Shown in pieces: positions 13,301-26,900 of a stretch of DNA of 64,000 nt. Every line of letters begins with the position of its first letter. The first letter of the stretch is position 1. Location: contig OZ037766.1 in assembly GCA_964035545.1 (NCBI GenBank), positions 20,820,767-20,884,766 of the forward strand, given 5' to 3'. A program made the translations under genes and the position numbers. Source of the stretch: Bugula neritina. Its lineage: Eukaryota > Animalia > Bryozoa. Under the pieces are notes generated by a model. It saw only the letters and a list, made by a program, of their open reading frames with translations, ran no database searches and was not told the origin of the DNA.

Positions 13301-15026
13301 TGGACATTCAAAAGTAAACAATAATAAAATATAAATCAAAATATTATTAGATTACATTTACTGATGTAATGTTTACTATAATAATAGTCATAGACTCATA
13401 GTGATACTGACAGTTATATCCAATCCCAAACTCATATTCATATTGATAGTGATACAGTAACTGTAAGACTAAGACGTCGACTAAGGGTAAGACTAAGAGT
13501 AACTTTAAGAGACAGAGTAACTCAAAGTTAAACTGTAACTGTAAGCGACTACTTACTACGTCTACTAACTTACTCTTAGTCTTAGTGACCATCATCATGT
13601 CTTTGTCCATCAGTATGAGTATTGTAGTGGCTGTGAAAAGTATACCCCCAAACCTCCCCTATATAAGTACATGCAGCAGAGTTTGAGACACTTTATTAAA
13701 TTATCAAAGTGCTTATAAAGTTCCAAAATCTACAACTCCGTTAGCGATGCCGCAACCCCATGCGGCACTGCGCCCCTCCGTACGGTGGTACCGCCAAAAC
13801 TTTCACCAGAAAATCAGAGCCAACCCTTAAGAAATAAACAGCGCCTTTCGGCACCCAGCCTTAGTTGGAGGATAACTGTCATATAGATTAGGATTAGGAT
13901 AATATTGTGTAGCTGTTCTATATGTGTATATTCTTTTACAATTGTTGATAACTTTATTTGTATCTAATTAAAATGTAATTAGACTTTAAAATATAGATCT
14001 TTCATAAACGTTCACTACTTCGGTTTCTGTCGCAACCTCATAGTCATAGTAAATAATGCAGCAGTAATTCGTGTGTACAATAACACTCCACTTTTTTACT
14101 ATTAGTGCACAAAACTACAACAGTATCATAATCATTAGCACAATAAGTATGACTATGAGTTAGAGTATCAGTATGAGTGCAAGTGTAATTGCCACTGTTA
14201 CCGTAAAAAATTACATTGGCATTCAGTTTCACATTGATGATTCATTGATTGATCAGTGATCACATTGACATTCACATTGTCTGAATCATTGTGATTGTGA
14301 TGGAGATTCAGATTGTGGTTCACTGGTTGACATTTAAAATCAATCTAAGCCTATAACTATAACTTATAGTATCAGTATAAGTATAAGTATAACCATGGTC
14401 GTAAAAATGATATTAATAAAATTAAATTAATATTTATATACTCATACTGATAAGTCATTAAGTGATAATCATAATCATAATGATATTCATATTGATACAG
14501 TTTATAGTAATAGTTATAGTTATACAAATAGTAATACTAATAGTAAAAGTAATTTAATAGTATTAGTGACTATTACATTTACTGTAATACTAAGTCTAAT
14601 ACTAATAATAATATAATACTAATACTATTAGTAATAGTAATACTAATAGTAATACCGAGTCTAATATTAATATAAATCTATGACGGCGAGAAAATTTAAT
14701 CTCAGAGAGCATAATGATCATTTATACATAATATATAAAACGTGTAAAATTTAGAAATTGCGTATAAAATTAAATAATTAATCACTAATGGCAATGCTGA
14801 ACACTAGCACTTATAGCAGTAGTTTTAGTTTATACCGCGCAACAGGTTGCAGTTGGCGGTAGAAATATTACGCTATTGGTGATTGGCTTTCACATTGAAC
14901 TGGAAAAGATATTATAATGAGTTCAATGGGATTTCAGCGCCAACATAATTATTATTTTGCTAAGCTCGGTATAAACAGTGTGGTATATATTAGGAGTGTT
15001 GACTTTAGGAAATCTTACGAAATCAT
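1387..15026 (-). CDS. TK2: Deoxynucleoside kinase, TK2/dNK family (~287 aa in the long model; N-terminus uncertain)
   Basis: Phase-consistent GT-AG core exons: 11060-10993; 10422-10294 ([14 protein letters not shown]-loop, EPIDKW); 4639-4550 ([12 protein letters not shown]); 3008-2846 ([20 protein letters not shown]); 2478-2399 ([22 protein letters not shown] lid); 1829-1752 ([14 protein letters not shown]); 1470-1387 (ILDAN...stop). Putative 5' exons 15026-15019 and 11770-11607 join in frame but are less certain. Confidence 0.9.
2059..2267 (-). mobile_element. tRNA-derived SINE with 19-bp target-site duplication
   Basis: Minus strand begins gggagcggccgtggtctagg...ggttcgagccc (A/B-box-like). 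Flanked by direct repeat taaagacatttgaaaataa at 2040-2058 and 2268-2286. Confidence 0.85.
3164..4481. mobile_element. Non-autonomous TIR DNA transposon in a kinase intron
   Basis: TIRs GGGGTAACGGGGGCACAACGG (3164) and CCGTTGTGCCACGTTACCCC (ending 4481). Internal repeats of cggggcacaatgggcc at ~3526, 3550 and 4283. No coding capacity. Confidence 0.8.
5215..5535. mobile_element. Palindromic MITE, left-truncated; same family as 58781-59200
   Basis: Inverted repeat centred near 5320 (ttatttagctaattt...aaattagctaaataa). The right arm matches 59010-59200. Confidence 0.75.
6075..6402. mobile_element. Harbinger-type MITE, partial; same family as 17824-18197
   Basis: High identity to 17935-18197. 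Ends in gaggccaggcc. Confidence 0.8.
6880..7720 (-). pseudogene. Harbinger partner Myb/SANT-like DNA-binding protein remnant
   Basis: [22 protein letters not shown] and [11 protein letters not shown] resemble trihelix Myb/SANT ORFs of Harbingers. Interrupted by stops and introns. Confidence 0.55.
7940..9268 (-). pseudogene. Harbinger (HARBI1-like) DDE nuclease pseudogene
   Basis: GAIDGT, HDSHIF, ISDSTY and [22 protein letters not shown]...CCCLHNICI motifs. The catalytic Glu position is a stop codon, and there are frameshifts upstream. Confidence 0.85.
13210..13620. repeat. Degenerate 3/6-nt periodic low-complexity array
   Basis: Run of non-identical hexamers such as actcat attcat attgat agtgat acagta actgta agacta agagta. 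Confidence 0.7.
13688..13880 (-). ncRNA. Candidate structured non-coding RNA, unidentified
   Basis: GC-rich island with no ORF in AT-rich surroundings. Minus-strand helices GUGCC-GAAA-GGCGC, GUGCCGCA/UGCGGCAU, UUGGCG/CGCUAA and CCAAC/GUUGG, followed by AUUUUGG and a terminal hairpin. Confidence 0.35.
14040..14680. repeat. Degenerate 3/6-nt periodic low-complexity array
   Basis: Hexamer-periodic text such as agtatg actatg agttag agtatc and aatagt aatact aatagt. Confidence 0.7.
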
Positions 15027-15062
15027 ATGGGCGCCATTATGCCGAAATTGGTACCGCGAGTT
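14830..15062. promoter_or_regulatory. Probable promoter/first-exon region of the kinase gene
   Basis: Local CpG enrichment, tandem ATTGG (CCAAT) boxes at ~14875-14887, YY1-like cgccatt at ~15032, and a minus-strand donor gtaaga at 15018. Confidence 0.45.
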
Positions 15063-15418
15063 TATATAAGTTATAAAGAAAAAATTTTGCCACTTTTGTT
15101 ATTTTATTTTTTTTCTATTTTATGTGTACATTTTTTTTAGTTTTGTTTATTGGTAAAGTTTGTAAAAATATTTTTAATGCCTATAAAATTAAAATAAAAA
15201 TTAAAACTCACTCATGCACGTAAATACAAAGCTATAAAGTTTAGGCTTCGCTGTGATTACAATGTGAATATGAATTGAATTATGCTTGTAATAACCATTT
15301 TACACAAAATACGTTACAGTTGCTATAAATGCAAGACTAGAAATTGGATGCAAATAGACACGGTAATACTACTTAAGTTATGCTATTTTTGAAATTTGTA
15401 GTAAATATTTGGCATGTA

Positions 15419-15663
<245 letters not shown>

Positions 15664-17049
15664 GAAATCGTTTCACATTGTTATGAGCATATGAGTGATA
15701 CAGTATTAAGTACAGATGGTGTTTGTTAACTACTAAAAGCCTGTAAGATACTCTACAAACTGCAACATGTCTGACACATTTTATATCTATGACTTAAAAG
15801 TAAAAGAATTATTGTTATTGCTTTCCCATTGATTTTTATTGCTGCATGAACTGTTTCAAATAAATCTATGAATTATAAAATATGACATCTGTACCATTGG
15901 CCGGTGTCATTTTTATATAAATTATAAGAATTTACCGAGTATAAGCATAAAAATAAAATAAATAACTTTACAAAATATATAACCAGAAGTACTACAAAAC
16001 AGCAAGACAATGAGTTATATATTGTTTGTTAGCATCTAAAACGCTAATTTATGCAAAGCTTGGTCAAAACTTGACAAATGAAAAGACAACTCCTCTCCTT
16101 GCAAACACAAGTACAGCATATTAAATAATACAACTGAATATAAGTGTTGGGCATATTGGAATTTTTCCCATTTAGCGCTCTATATATATGGAGTGCCAAA
16201 TGGTCAAAATATCACTTATTATTGCATCTCATATGCTTATAATGAAGTATCTAGCCATTATTCTCTCTCATTTGCTCACAATATATATAGAAGTTAGGAC
16301 ATCCAAGTTACTGTTTTAACAATAACATTTGATCTTTTGACTTGACAATAACAGAAAGGAAAGTAATACCTTTTTCCTGATATAACAGCAGAAAAGACTG
16401 ATTTATGTGTCATTAAAGTCACTAAAGTAACAAAGCAACTATGTGTATTGTATATATCAATTAATTGTACACTATGCTAAATAAATGTAATATTATTTCT
16501 TTCTATTTCCCACACTTGAGTTTATCAATTAAGAGAACATAATCAGCAAATTATGTCTGACATTCTTTACTTTGTGTTACACCTGATACTATACTCTACA
16601 GTCTATCCTTTGTAGGTATACAGTATTAATTTGAAATACTATATAAATGTGTTAGACGAAAATGATGATATATTCTTATAGTATTATTTACTAAGTCACT
16701 GTGAAATGTTCTGACAATAGTCATAGTAATATAATGGCCTATGAAAGCTGAGTACAAAGACCAAATATACAACTTGATCATACTAACTCGATTTATTTGG
16801 ACCAAAACAACTGCAGCAACCATTAATGGTTCACCAATCAAAGTAGCATACACTTTAAGTTATTTGCTAAACTTTATCCCTTTTTAACCAAAAAAGTACT
16901 AAATATTGCACTTGGCTTATGGCTGCGAAACACACAAATCTAACAGCAACTTAGCTCACTGTAATTTTCTATGAGTAGAGAGATCAACTCCCTCTATCTG
17001 ACATCACCATGGGCAGCTATGAAGGTGCAGAATGCTGCATTCTGATTAA

Positions 17050-17700
17050 CATATTTTTCTATTAAAAATCAGTCAGAAATTTAGAAGCAACTTCCAACAG
17101 ACCACCAAGGAACACCAAAAGAAGATATGCATACACCCTGGAAATCTATAAGAGCAAGAAAAAATATATGATGCAGCTCATCATTATTGACAAGTGTAGC
17201 AAATATCTTGGAGAAGCAATTTTATTAATATTAGAACAATAAACATCCAATGACAACAAGCTGTACAAGCTATTTAACAAAAACAATATCAAGCTCAGCT
17301 ACAGCTGCTGTAAAACCCAATTAACCACATTATAACAGTCATAACAAAAGTATCCTCAACCCAGCAAACAGGCCAATTGGAAAATGAAACCAGTAGTCTC
17401 CACTAAATGGAAAGCGTCTTACTAAATACATGTTACACGTCAAGCAGCAGTTTCAACAAAAGATGGCTGCTACAACAAACATACGTAGAGCCATGCAGAG
17501 TTTATAGCAATAAAATAAGAACATAGAATATGATGCAACAAGGAAATGCATACAATACTCCTTCTTTAATAAAGCATGTAAATTATGCAACCTATGCTTG
17601 ATGGAAAAGTGCTATATACTCAACGAAACTAATGAAGCATCCCTCGACAACAGAAATGAAATAATAACTACACATGCATACAAGCATCCTCTGGGAATCA
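17050..17700 (+). mobile_element. Penelope-like retroelement remnant
   Basis: Degenerate KLYKLFNKNNIKLSYSC and HNKSIL motifs, typical of the Penelope RT-to-GIY-YIG linker. Confidence 0.65.
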
Positions 17701-17823
17701 TTACCTAACCAATTTAGCTACAGCAATACCCAACTTATTTATCCATTCACTTGCTTATATCCTAATGATTTTTTTAATCTAACAACTAGGTTTTATAATG
17801 TAGTATTTTAGTACAAGACATAA

Positions 17824-18197
17824 GGCCTGGCCACACACTCGTGAAAATCACACAGAATCATTTATTTGACACAAAACACAATTGTATGAGAAAATTTGAG
17901 GAAATTAAACGAAATCGTTTTCGTTGTGTACACAACGAAGACGATGGATGAAAAATCACAATCAACGATAAGCACCATTTAATTGGTCAAGAGAATTTTA
18001 GCAACAGTAATTATTTCATTTCTACCACGTTTCTCTGCTTGGCTATTTTCTGCTATTTGTATCCCGTGCAAGACTCATTCACAGACTATTTATTATGTGT
18101 TTTGTCCGACGAGTGTGTGGCTGGTCATAACGAGAGGACAACTCACGAAAATCGTCACATGAGTTTCATGTGATTCTCATGAGCGAGAGGCCAGGCC
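17824..18197. mobile_element. Harbinger-type MITE, complete
   Basis: TIRs ggcctggccacacactcgtgaaaatcac and gtgattctcatgagcgagaggccaggcc, with flanks TAA / TAT. Confidence 0.8.
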
Positions 18198-18216
18198 TAT
18201 TGGTTCATATCATTTA

Positions 18217-18450
18217 ACACATACCCACACACACTCACACACACTCACACACACACACACACACGCACACACGCACACACGCACACACGCACACACGCAC
18301 ACACGCACACACGCACACACGCACACACGCACACACGCACACACGCACACAAGCACACAAGCACACACACACACACACAAGCACACAAGCACACAAGCAC
18401 ACAAGCACCCACACACATGCACACACTCGAACACACACACACATACATAT
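18217..18450. repeat. (CA)n/(CACACACG)n compound microsatellite
   Basis: Directly visible. Confidence 0.95.
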
Positions 18451-18519
18451 AAACACAGTATTTGCAGAGGACATAGCACATGCTACATTCAACTTGTGAG
18501 GTTTAACCAAGACAGAACT

Positions 18520-21835
<3,316 letters not shown>

Positions 21836-22262
21836 AGTGATCAACGCAATGTTTGCAAAACTTTCCCCTCCGAATATCTTTATAGCTACTTACAAGTTGA
21901 ATGTTTTATATTGAGATGGTGGAATAGAATAAAACTGAGATTTCACTCAGTCACTCATTTTCTGCAATATCAATAGATATGTTTTTAATTAACTTTTTTT
22001 TAAATGTAAAGCTTTCAATTGAACATTTCCATTGCATTTATGAAACTTCATGTTGCTAACTTTATGTTTTATTGATTTTAATCTTGATATTTAATTACAC
22101 AGCATGAACACCTCAGTTACAGTGAAGCACAAAACAAATTGATAAGTTTTAATCATACGAATCAGATGTCTTCAAAGGCCGAAGATATTTTTGAAACATA
22201 TGTTTATCACCCAACTGACAAAATAATAATTCTAGTATATTTATATAGTGTATGTACACGCG

Positions 22263-22293
<31 letters not shown>

Positions 22294-22296
22294 GTG

Positions 22297-22327
<31 letters not shown>

Positions 22328-22759
22328 AGGTGTACACTATATTGCAATACTAGTGATCAAATAGTGCTCAAAATTTTCTGAGAAAGTTGAGCTAGATACG
22401 ATAATTTTATAGGTTTTAATTGACTAAGATCTTTATTTTAAAATCAATTACTTACAAATTTGTTTCGTAGCATAAAAGCTTCTGCCAATCGTCAGGGTGA
22501 TATATAATATGTGTGCCGATATAGGCAATATGAGAAGGGCTCTGTTACAGATTTATAATTAGTTTATTCAAAAGCACTATAGTGATGGTAACCTGAAAAG
22601 GAAAATATAATTAATGACAAAGTTTATACTGTAATAAAAACCTGAAAAGGAAAATGTAAATAATAATGAGAAAATGTACAGTAAGAAAATTCCAAAGAAA
22701 ATGAATAATAATATATAATAATAAATACTTAGAAATTTTAACACTCAGAGCTGTTTTGG

Positions 22760-23340
22760 TGATGTTACGCCTGGTTGATGATATTGGAGTATAAGCACTT
22801 GCCATTCAGCGGGCAGTCGGATTTCCTTTTGCAGGTTCAGGTTTTATGTTAAGGAATTGTCTTCCTATGTTAGTTGCAACATGTTTGCTGTAGGGTGGAT
22901 TGAATCATATAATGTTACTCCTTCTAGATTTTTGCAGTGTGTTGGTTGCTTCTCTTATTGTAAGGTAAAGTTATACCCACTGTTTTTAAGGCGTTCTGCA
23001 TGGTAGATGTGTGCCTCACCATTAAAGCTTTCTTCATTAGATGAAAGTATGGAGAGTCTTTTGTTGATGGATTTCGGAATGTTTTAATGGTAGATGGAGG
23101 GTGGTTAGGCTACTATGATAAATCTGAGGGATGTTGTTAGAATTTTCTTTATGATCTTTGATGGTTGTAGCTTATAAATGGTTCTCTAGGTGTCATGGTT
23201 TGTACTCTGCCATCTAGATTAAGTGAGCTCGAAATTTTCCAAATGTGTGGCTGTGTGTATTCCATTTGTACCTTTGCAGTCAGTTGAGTTGGTGATGTAA
23301 TAGTTATCGAACTTTCAGGCAGGTTTTGCAAGCAGACTGT
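22760..23340 (-). mobile_element. Penelope-like retroelement remnant
   Basis: Minus-strand fragments HPPS, IPKSINKRLSILSSNEESF, LKNSGY and NII*FNPPYSKHVATNIGRQFL (Penelope RT thumb/linker). Frameshifted. Confidence 0.8.
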
Positions 23341-23539
23341 ACTGGGACACTAATATGCTTTTAACTTGCATATATTATTATATGCAACCTGTTCTATAAC
23401 CCATTAAGAGTATAACATTAATATAATATAAATCTTAAATAAACCATAATCAACAGTTATTACATTTTTAGTTACTTCACACTTCATTTTCTATCGCATT
23501 TATAAACGGAAAGAGAGTTGTCTACTACCTACTAGTGAT

Positions 23540-23620
23540 TGTTCCCTTGCAATTCGGTTTCTATTGGCTGAGGGCACTGAACTCGTTTATTTTAGTGGCC
23601 CAATTCGCCCTCACCAATTT
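23540..23620 (+). promoter_or_regulatory. Probable GRIPAP1 promoter (CCAAT boxes)
   Basis: ctattggctg (~23561) and gcccaatt (~23598) lie ~350-400 bp upstream of the first coding exon. Confidence 0.35.
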
Positions 23621-23951
23621 TGTTCCTGATCATCTCTGTGGTCCGAACTCACAATTATTGTAGTGCTACGAGTTCAAATAAAGCAATATTGTATAAGTGC
23701 AAACATATTTATCACTTGATAAATCTACCTGCAAGCGCGGCACCACATCTAACTTTTCGTGACCTTATGGAAACAGTCAAGGTTGTTTTTATTCTGGATA
23801 CTGAAGACTGGGGCAAATAAATTAAATATGAATATTGTACATCAAATAATTTGATTGAAATTGGCTGCTTAGTCCATAACACTATTCTACCTTTTATATA
23901 GTATTTATTGCTTATTGATAAAGCAATAAAAAATTTTATGTGAATAACAGC

Positions 23952-26900
23952 ATGGGTTCCAATTCAACACTGTCTGAAGAAGAGTTCCATCGTTTGCAGG
24001 TTGGGACTTATCACTTACGTTACTCTTAGAGTTAGAGTTGGTCTTATGACTTACTCTTAGAGACGAGTTAAGTTTGACTTCACTTCCCCTTAGTGATATT
24101 TATACTAATATTCATATTGATACTTATATTTATAGTTTCTGAATTTAATAACAATGTCAAGTACTTTTAGTCTTACATTTAGTTTTACAGTCAATCATGA
24201 TCATAATTATAATCATATTGTAAAAGTTATCTACTTATCTACAACAACTTTAAGGTCCACTCCCAGTGCAACACTTAGCCTTGCAATTGCTCTTATACTT
24301 ACTCTTAGTACAGTTACTGTTAGTGTTATTCTTAGTGATAGTCTTACAGTTTTAGTTGCTGTTAGTGTTGCACTTATTTCGTTTCCTAGACTTGTGCTAT
24401 TAGTTGCAGTAACACTAACAATAATTGTAGCACAACTAGGCATTATTATACAATACGCACGGCAAATTCAAATTGAAATGCTTTGAGTTTGTGGATAGAC
24501 TTTTGTTAGGATTTTATTACCATTACTAACAGTGGTAACCTTAACCAATTGAGATTTTAATGAATTCTAATTTAACCACAATGCGAATGGGAATAACTAA
24601 AATTAAATAGTAAATCTTAAAGTTTATCATTAATTTTAAGTCAAAGCAATCAGCAATCAGAGATTAATTTAAAATTAAAAATATTCATATCCACTGAGTT
24701 GTTGAGTGTGACTCAGTCTAAGACAATTTACTCAATACGATAGTATATTACGAAATGTATCCAAGTGGCAATTCACTAGATTTAGCTGTATAGTTCAATT
24801 TTAGATATAATTGAAAAAATTCATCATGTTAAAATGTGTAACATATAAACTTAAGTTATTATAAGTTTTCTTTTTTTAATCAAAGGTACTAAAAGGTAAC
24901 ACTCATTAGTGTTACATTAATGGTTGAAACAAGTGAGTCTAAGATGGCAGTACTAATAAAATAAAGCTATATTTAAAAATCAATTTTAACTTTTGTCCTT
25001 GTCCTCATAGTGTTTTCAAGCAGTATAGAAAGATTTTTACAAAAAAAAAATCTTTTTAGTCTTAGCATTATAAATATTGGCGATTAAATAAGTGATAAAA
25101 TTTAAATGTGGAGCCCAAATTATTATTTTTCTAAATAAGAAGTAATCATAACACTAAAAAAGTACTTGAAAGCAGTAAAGCTGTCTTTTGTTTCAGTAAC
25201 AATAAGTTTTGAAAGTTTCAACTGTGAAACAGCGAAATAGTAACTTGTAAGTTAATTATTATTTAGTTTCATTATTTGGTTTGCTTTAATTGTGGTATTT
25301 TGCGAATAAATATCTTGTTCTTGGCTCTTAGAAATTTATTCAATGTTTAATGTAATTTATTAGCTGATGATGTTTTATTAAAGTTTTGGGGTTTCAGGTA
25401 GCTGTTAGTTACTGTAACTTTCTAAACTTATTCATATTATGCTGTGTTGCCATAATGAACTAGATTAAATGTTAGTTTTATATTGATGCAGCCAAAGTGG
25501 GTGATTACTGAATAATGGATATGTAGTTGCAGATTTAGATTTAGTTTATGTAGAAAATCAGGAAAATATGTATATCTTTTTCTAAATGTGCACGCCAATG
25601 GGAGTGGTACATAATACTTTTACATAGTTACGTCAAAGATGCAAGGTTTAAAATCTTTGAATATTTTATTTTATTCCCTCCTGGTGTTAAACCTTCCGAA
25701 AATACTGATAATTAGCATTATAAGGCTAATTGTAGTTGTCAAGTGTTTAAAATTCAATTTCAATTACAATATTGTGTTAGGGTATGGTACATCGATAGCT
25801 GTTACATTAAGATTTTCTCATTATAATGGCAGTAATTATAATTTTTAATGAATGTAATATGCCATGGCTTGTGGTATGCCATATAGTCTGGCAAATATAT
25901 TTTTGGTAAAACTTGAAACTTGCAATTGATTATAGCCTGTTTACTAATTTGAACAGTTGTATTTCAAACCTAAACTACAACCAATAGCTATAACTCATGC
26001 TAGGCAACAAGTTATAAATGAGTGAGCGTTATAGGTGTAACATATCGGCTGTATTATATGTGCATTGCCTGTTCAGAGTTTAGTAATAGCTCAATAGTCA
26101 TAGTCATCTAGGTAGTGATAGTAATAAGATATTATTATCAGCATAATTATTAGCCATTACTAGTAAGGTTTGTATTGATATCTGGAATTATCATACTCGT
26201 ATTAATCCTAATAGCTAGTATGCTTAAATTAGTATAATATAATATATAATACTAATTATTATTACATGTCATCTGGATATGTTGTTAATTGATGATTTTA
26301 TTAGATGAAGATTATTATTTGAAGTTAGCTTACTTAGTAAATGTTAAAGTTGAAGTAGTCTAGTCTAGTATTATTAGTATTTTCATAAATTTGCTATCTT
26401 GTTTTATCAATACTATTATCATAGACTGACATATATTCAATCTGATGTTATCATTACTATTTATCAGCAAACATAGTTCAGTAATGAAATATGCTTTTGG
26501 ATATATTGTGTTGCATTAAGTTGTATTCATTACATTTCAGGTTAGATAAGCTTAGTGATAATTTTTTAGGTTAACATATTGGTTTCTATGCAATAATGCA
26601 TATATATTTATGCTATTTTATTTCATAATTTGCTGTTGAAATAGCATTTGCTGAAATTTTTCAGTTTTTGTTGTAGTTACAACTTATCGAACTTAGAACA
26701 GAAAATTATCAGTTAACTGACAAATGCAAAAAGCATGAGAATGAGCTGTCTAGTTTAAATATACAGTATGTGAACTTGGATAAGGAGTTCCAACGAGCAT
26801 CAAAGGTTTGTCTTATAATATTATGTGTAACATAACATTATATGTAATAAAATATTATATGCAGTATAATATTATATGTAATATAATTCTATATTACATA

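Noticed and set aside
13640-13900. Telomerase RNA call (P6.1-like motif; template-like CCUAAUCCUAAU on minus or CCCCAAACC on plus)
   Set aside because: There is no room for a pseudoknot between the minus-strand template-like motif and the CR4/5-like part, no H box, and the other motif is on the opposite strand. Kept only as an unidentified RNA candidate.
24154-24486. Hydrophobic 110-aa ORF resembling a membrane protein (likewise 13347-13610)
   Set aside because: By-product of the 3/6-periodic low-complexity array inside an intron; open on both strands.
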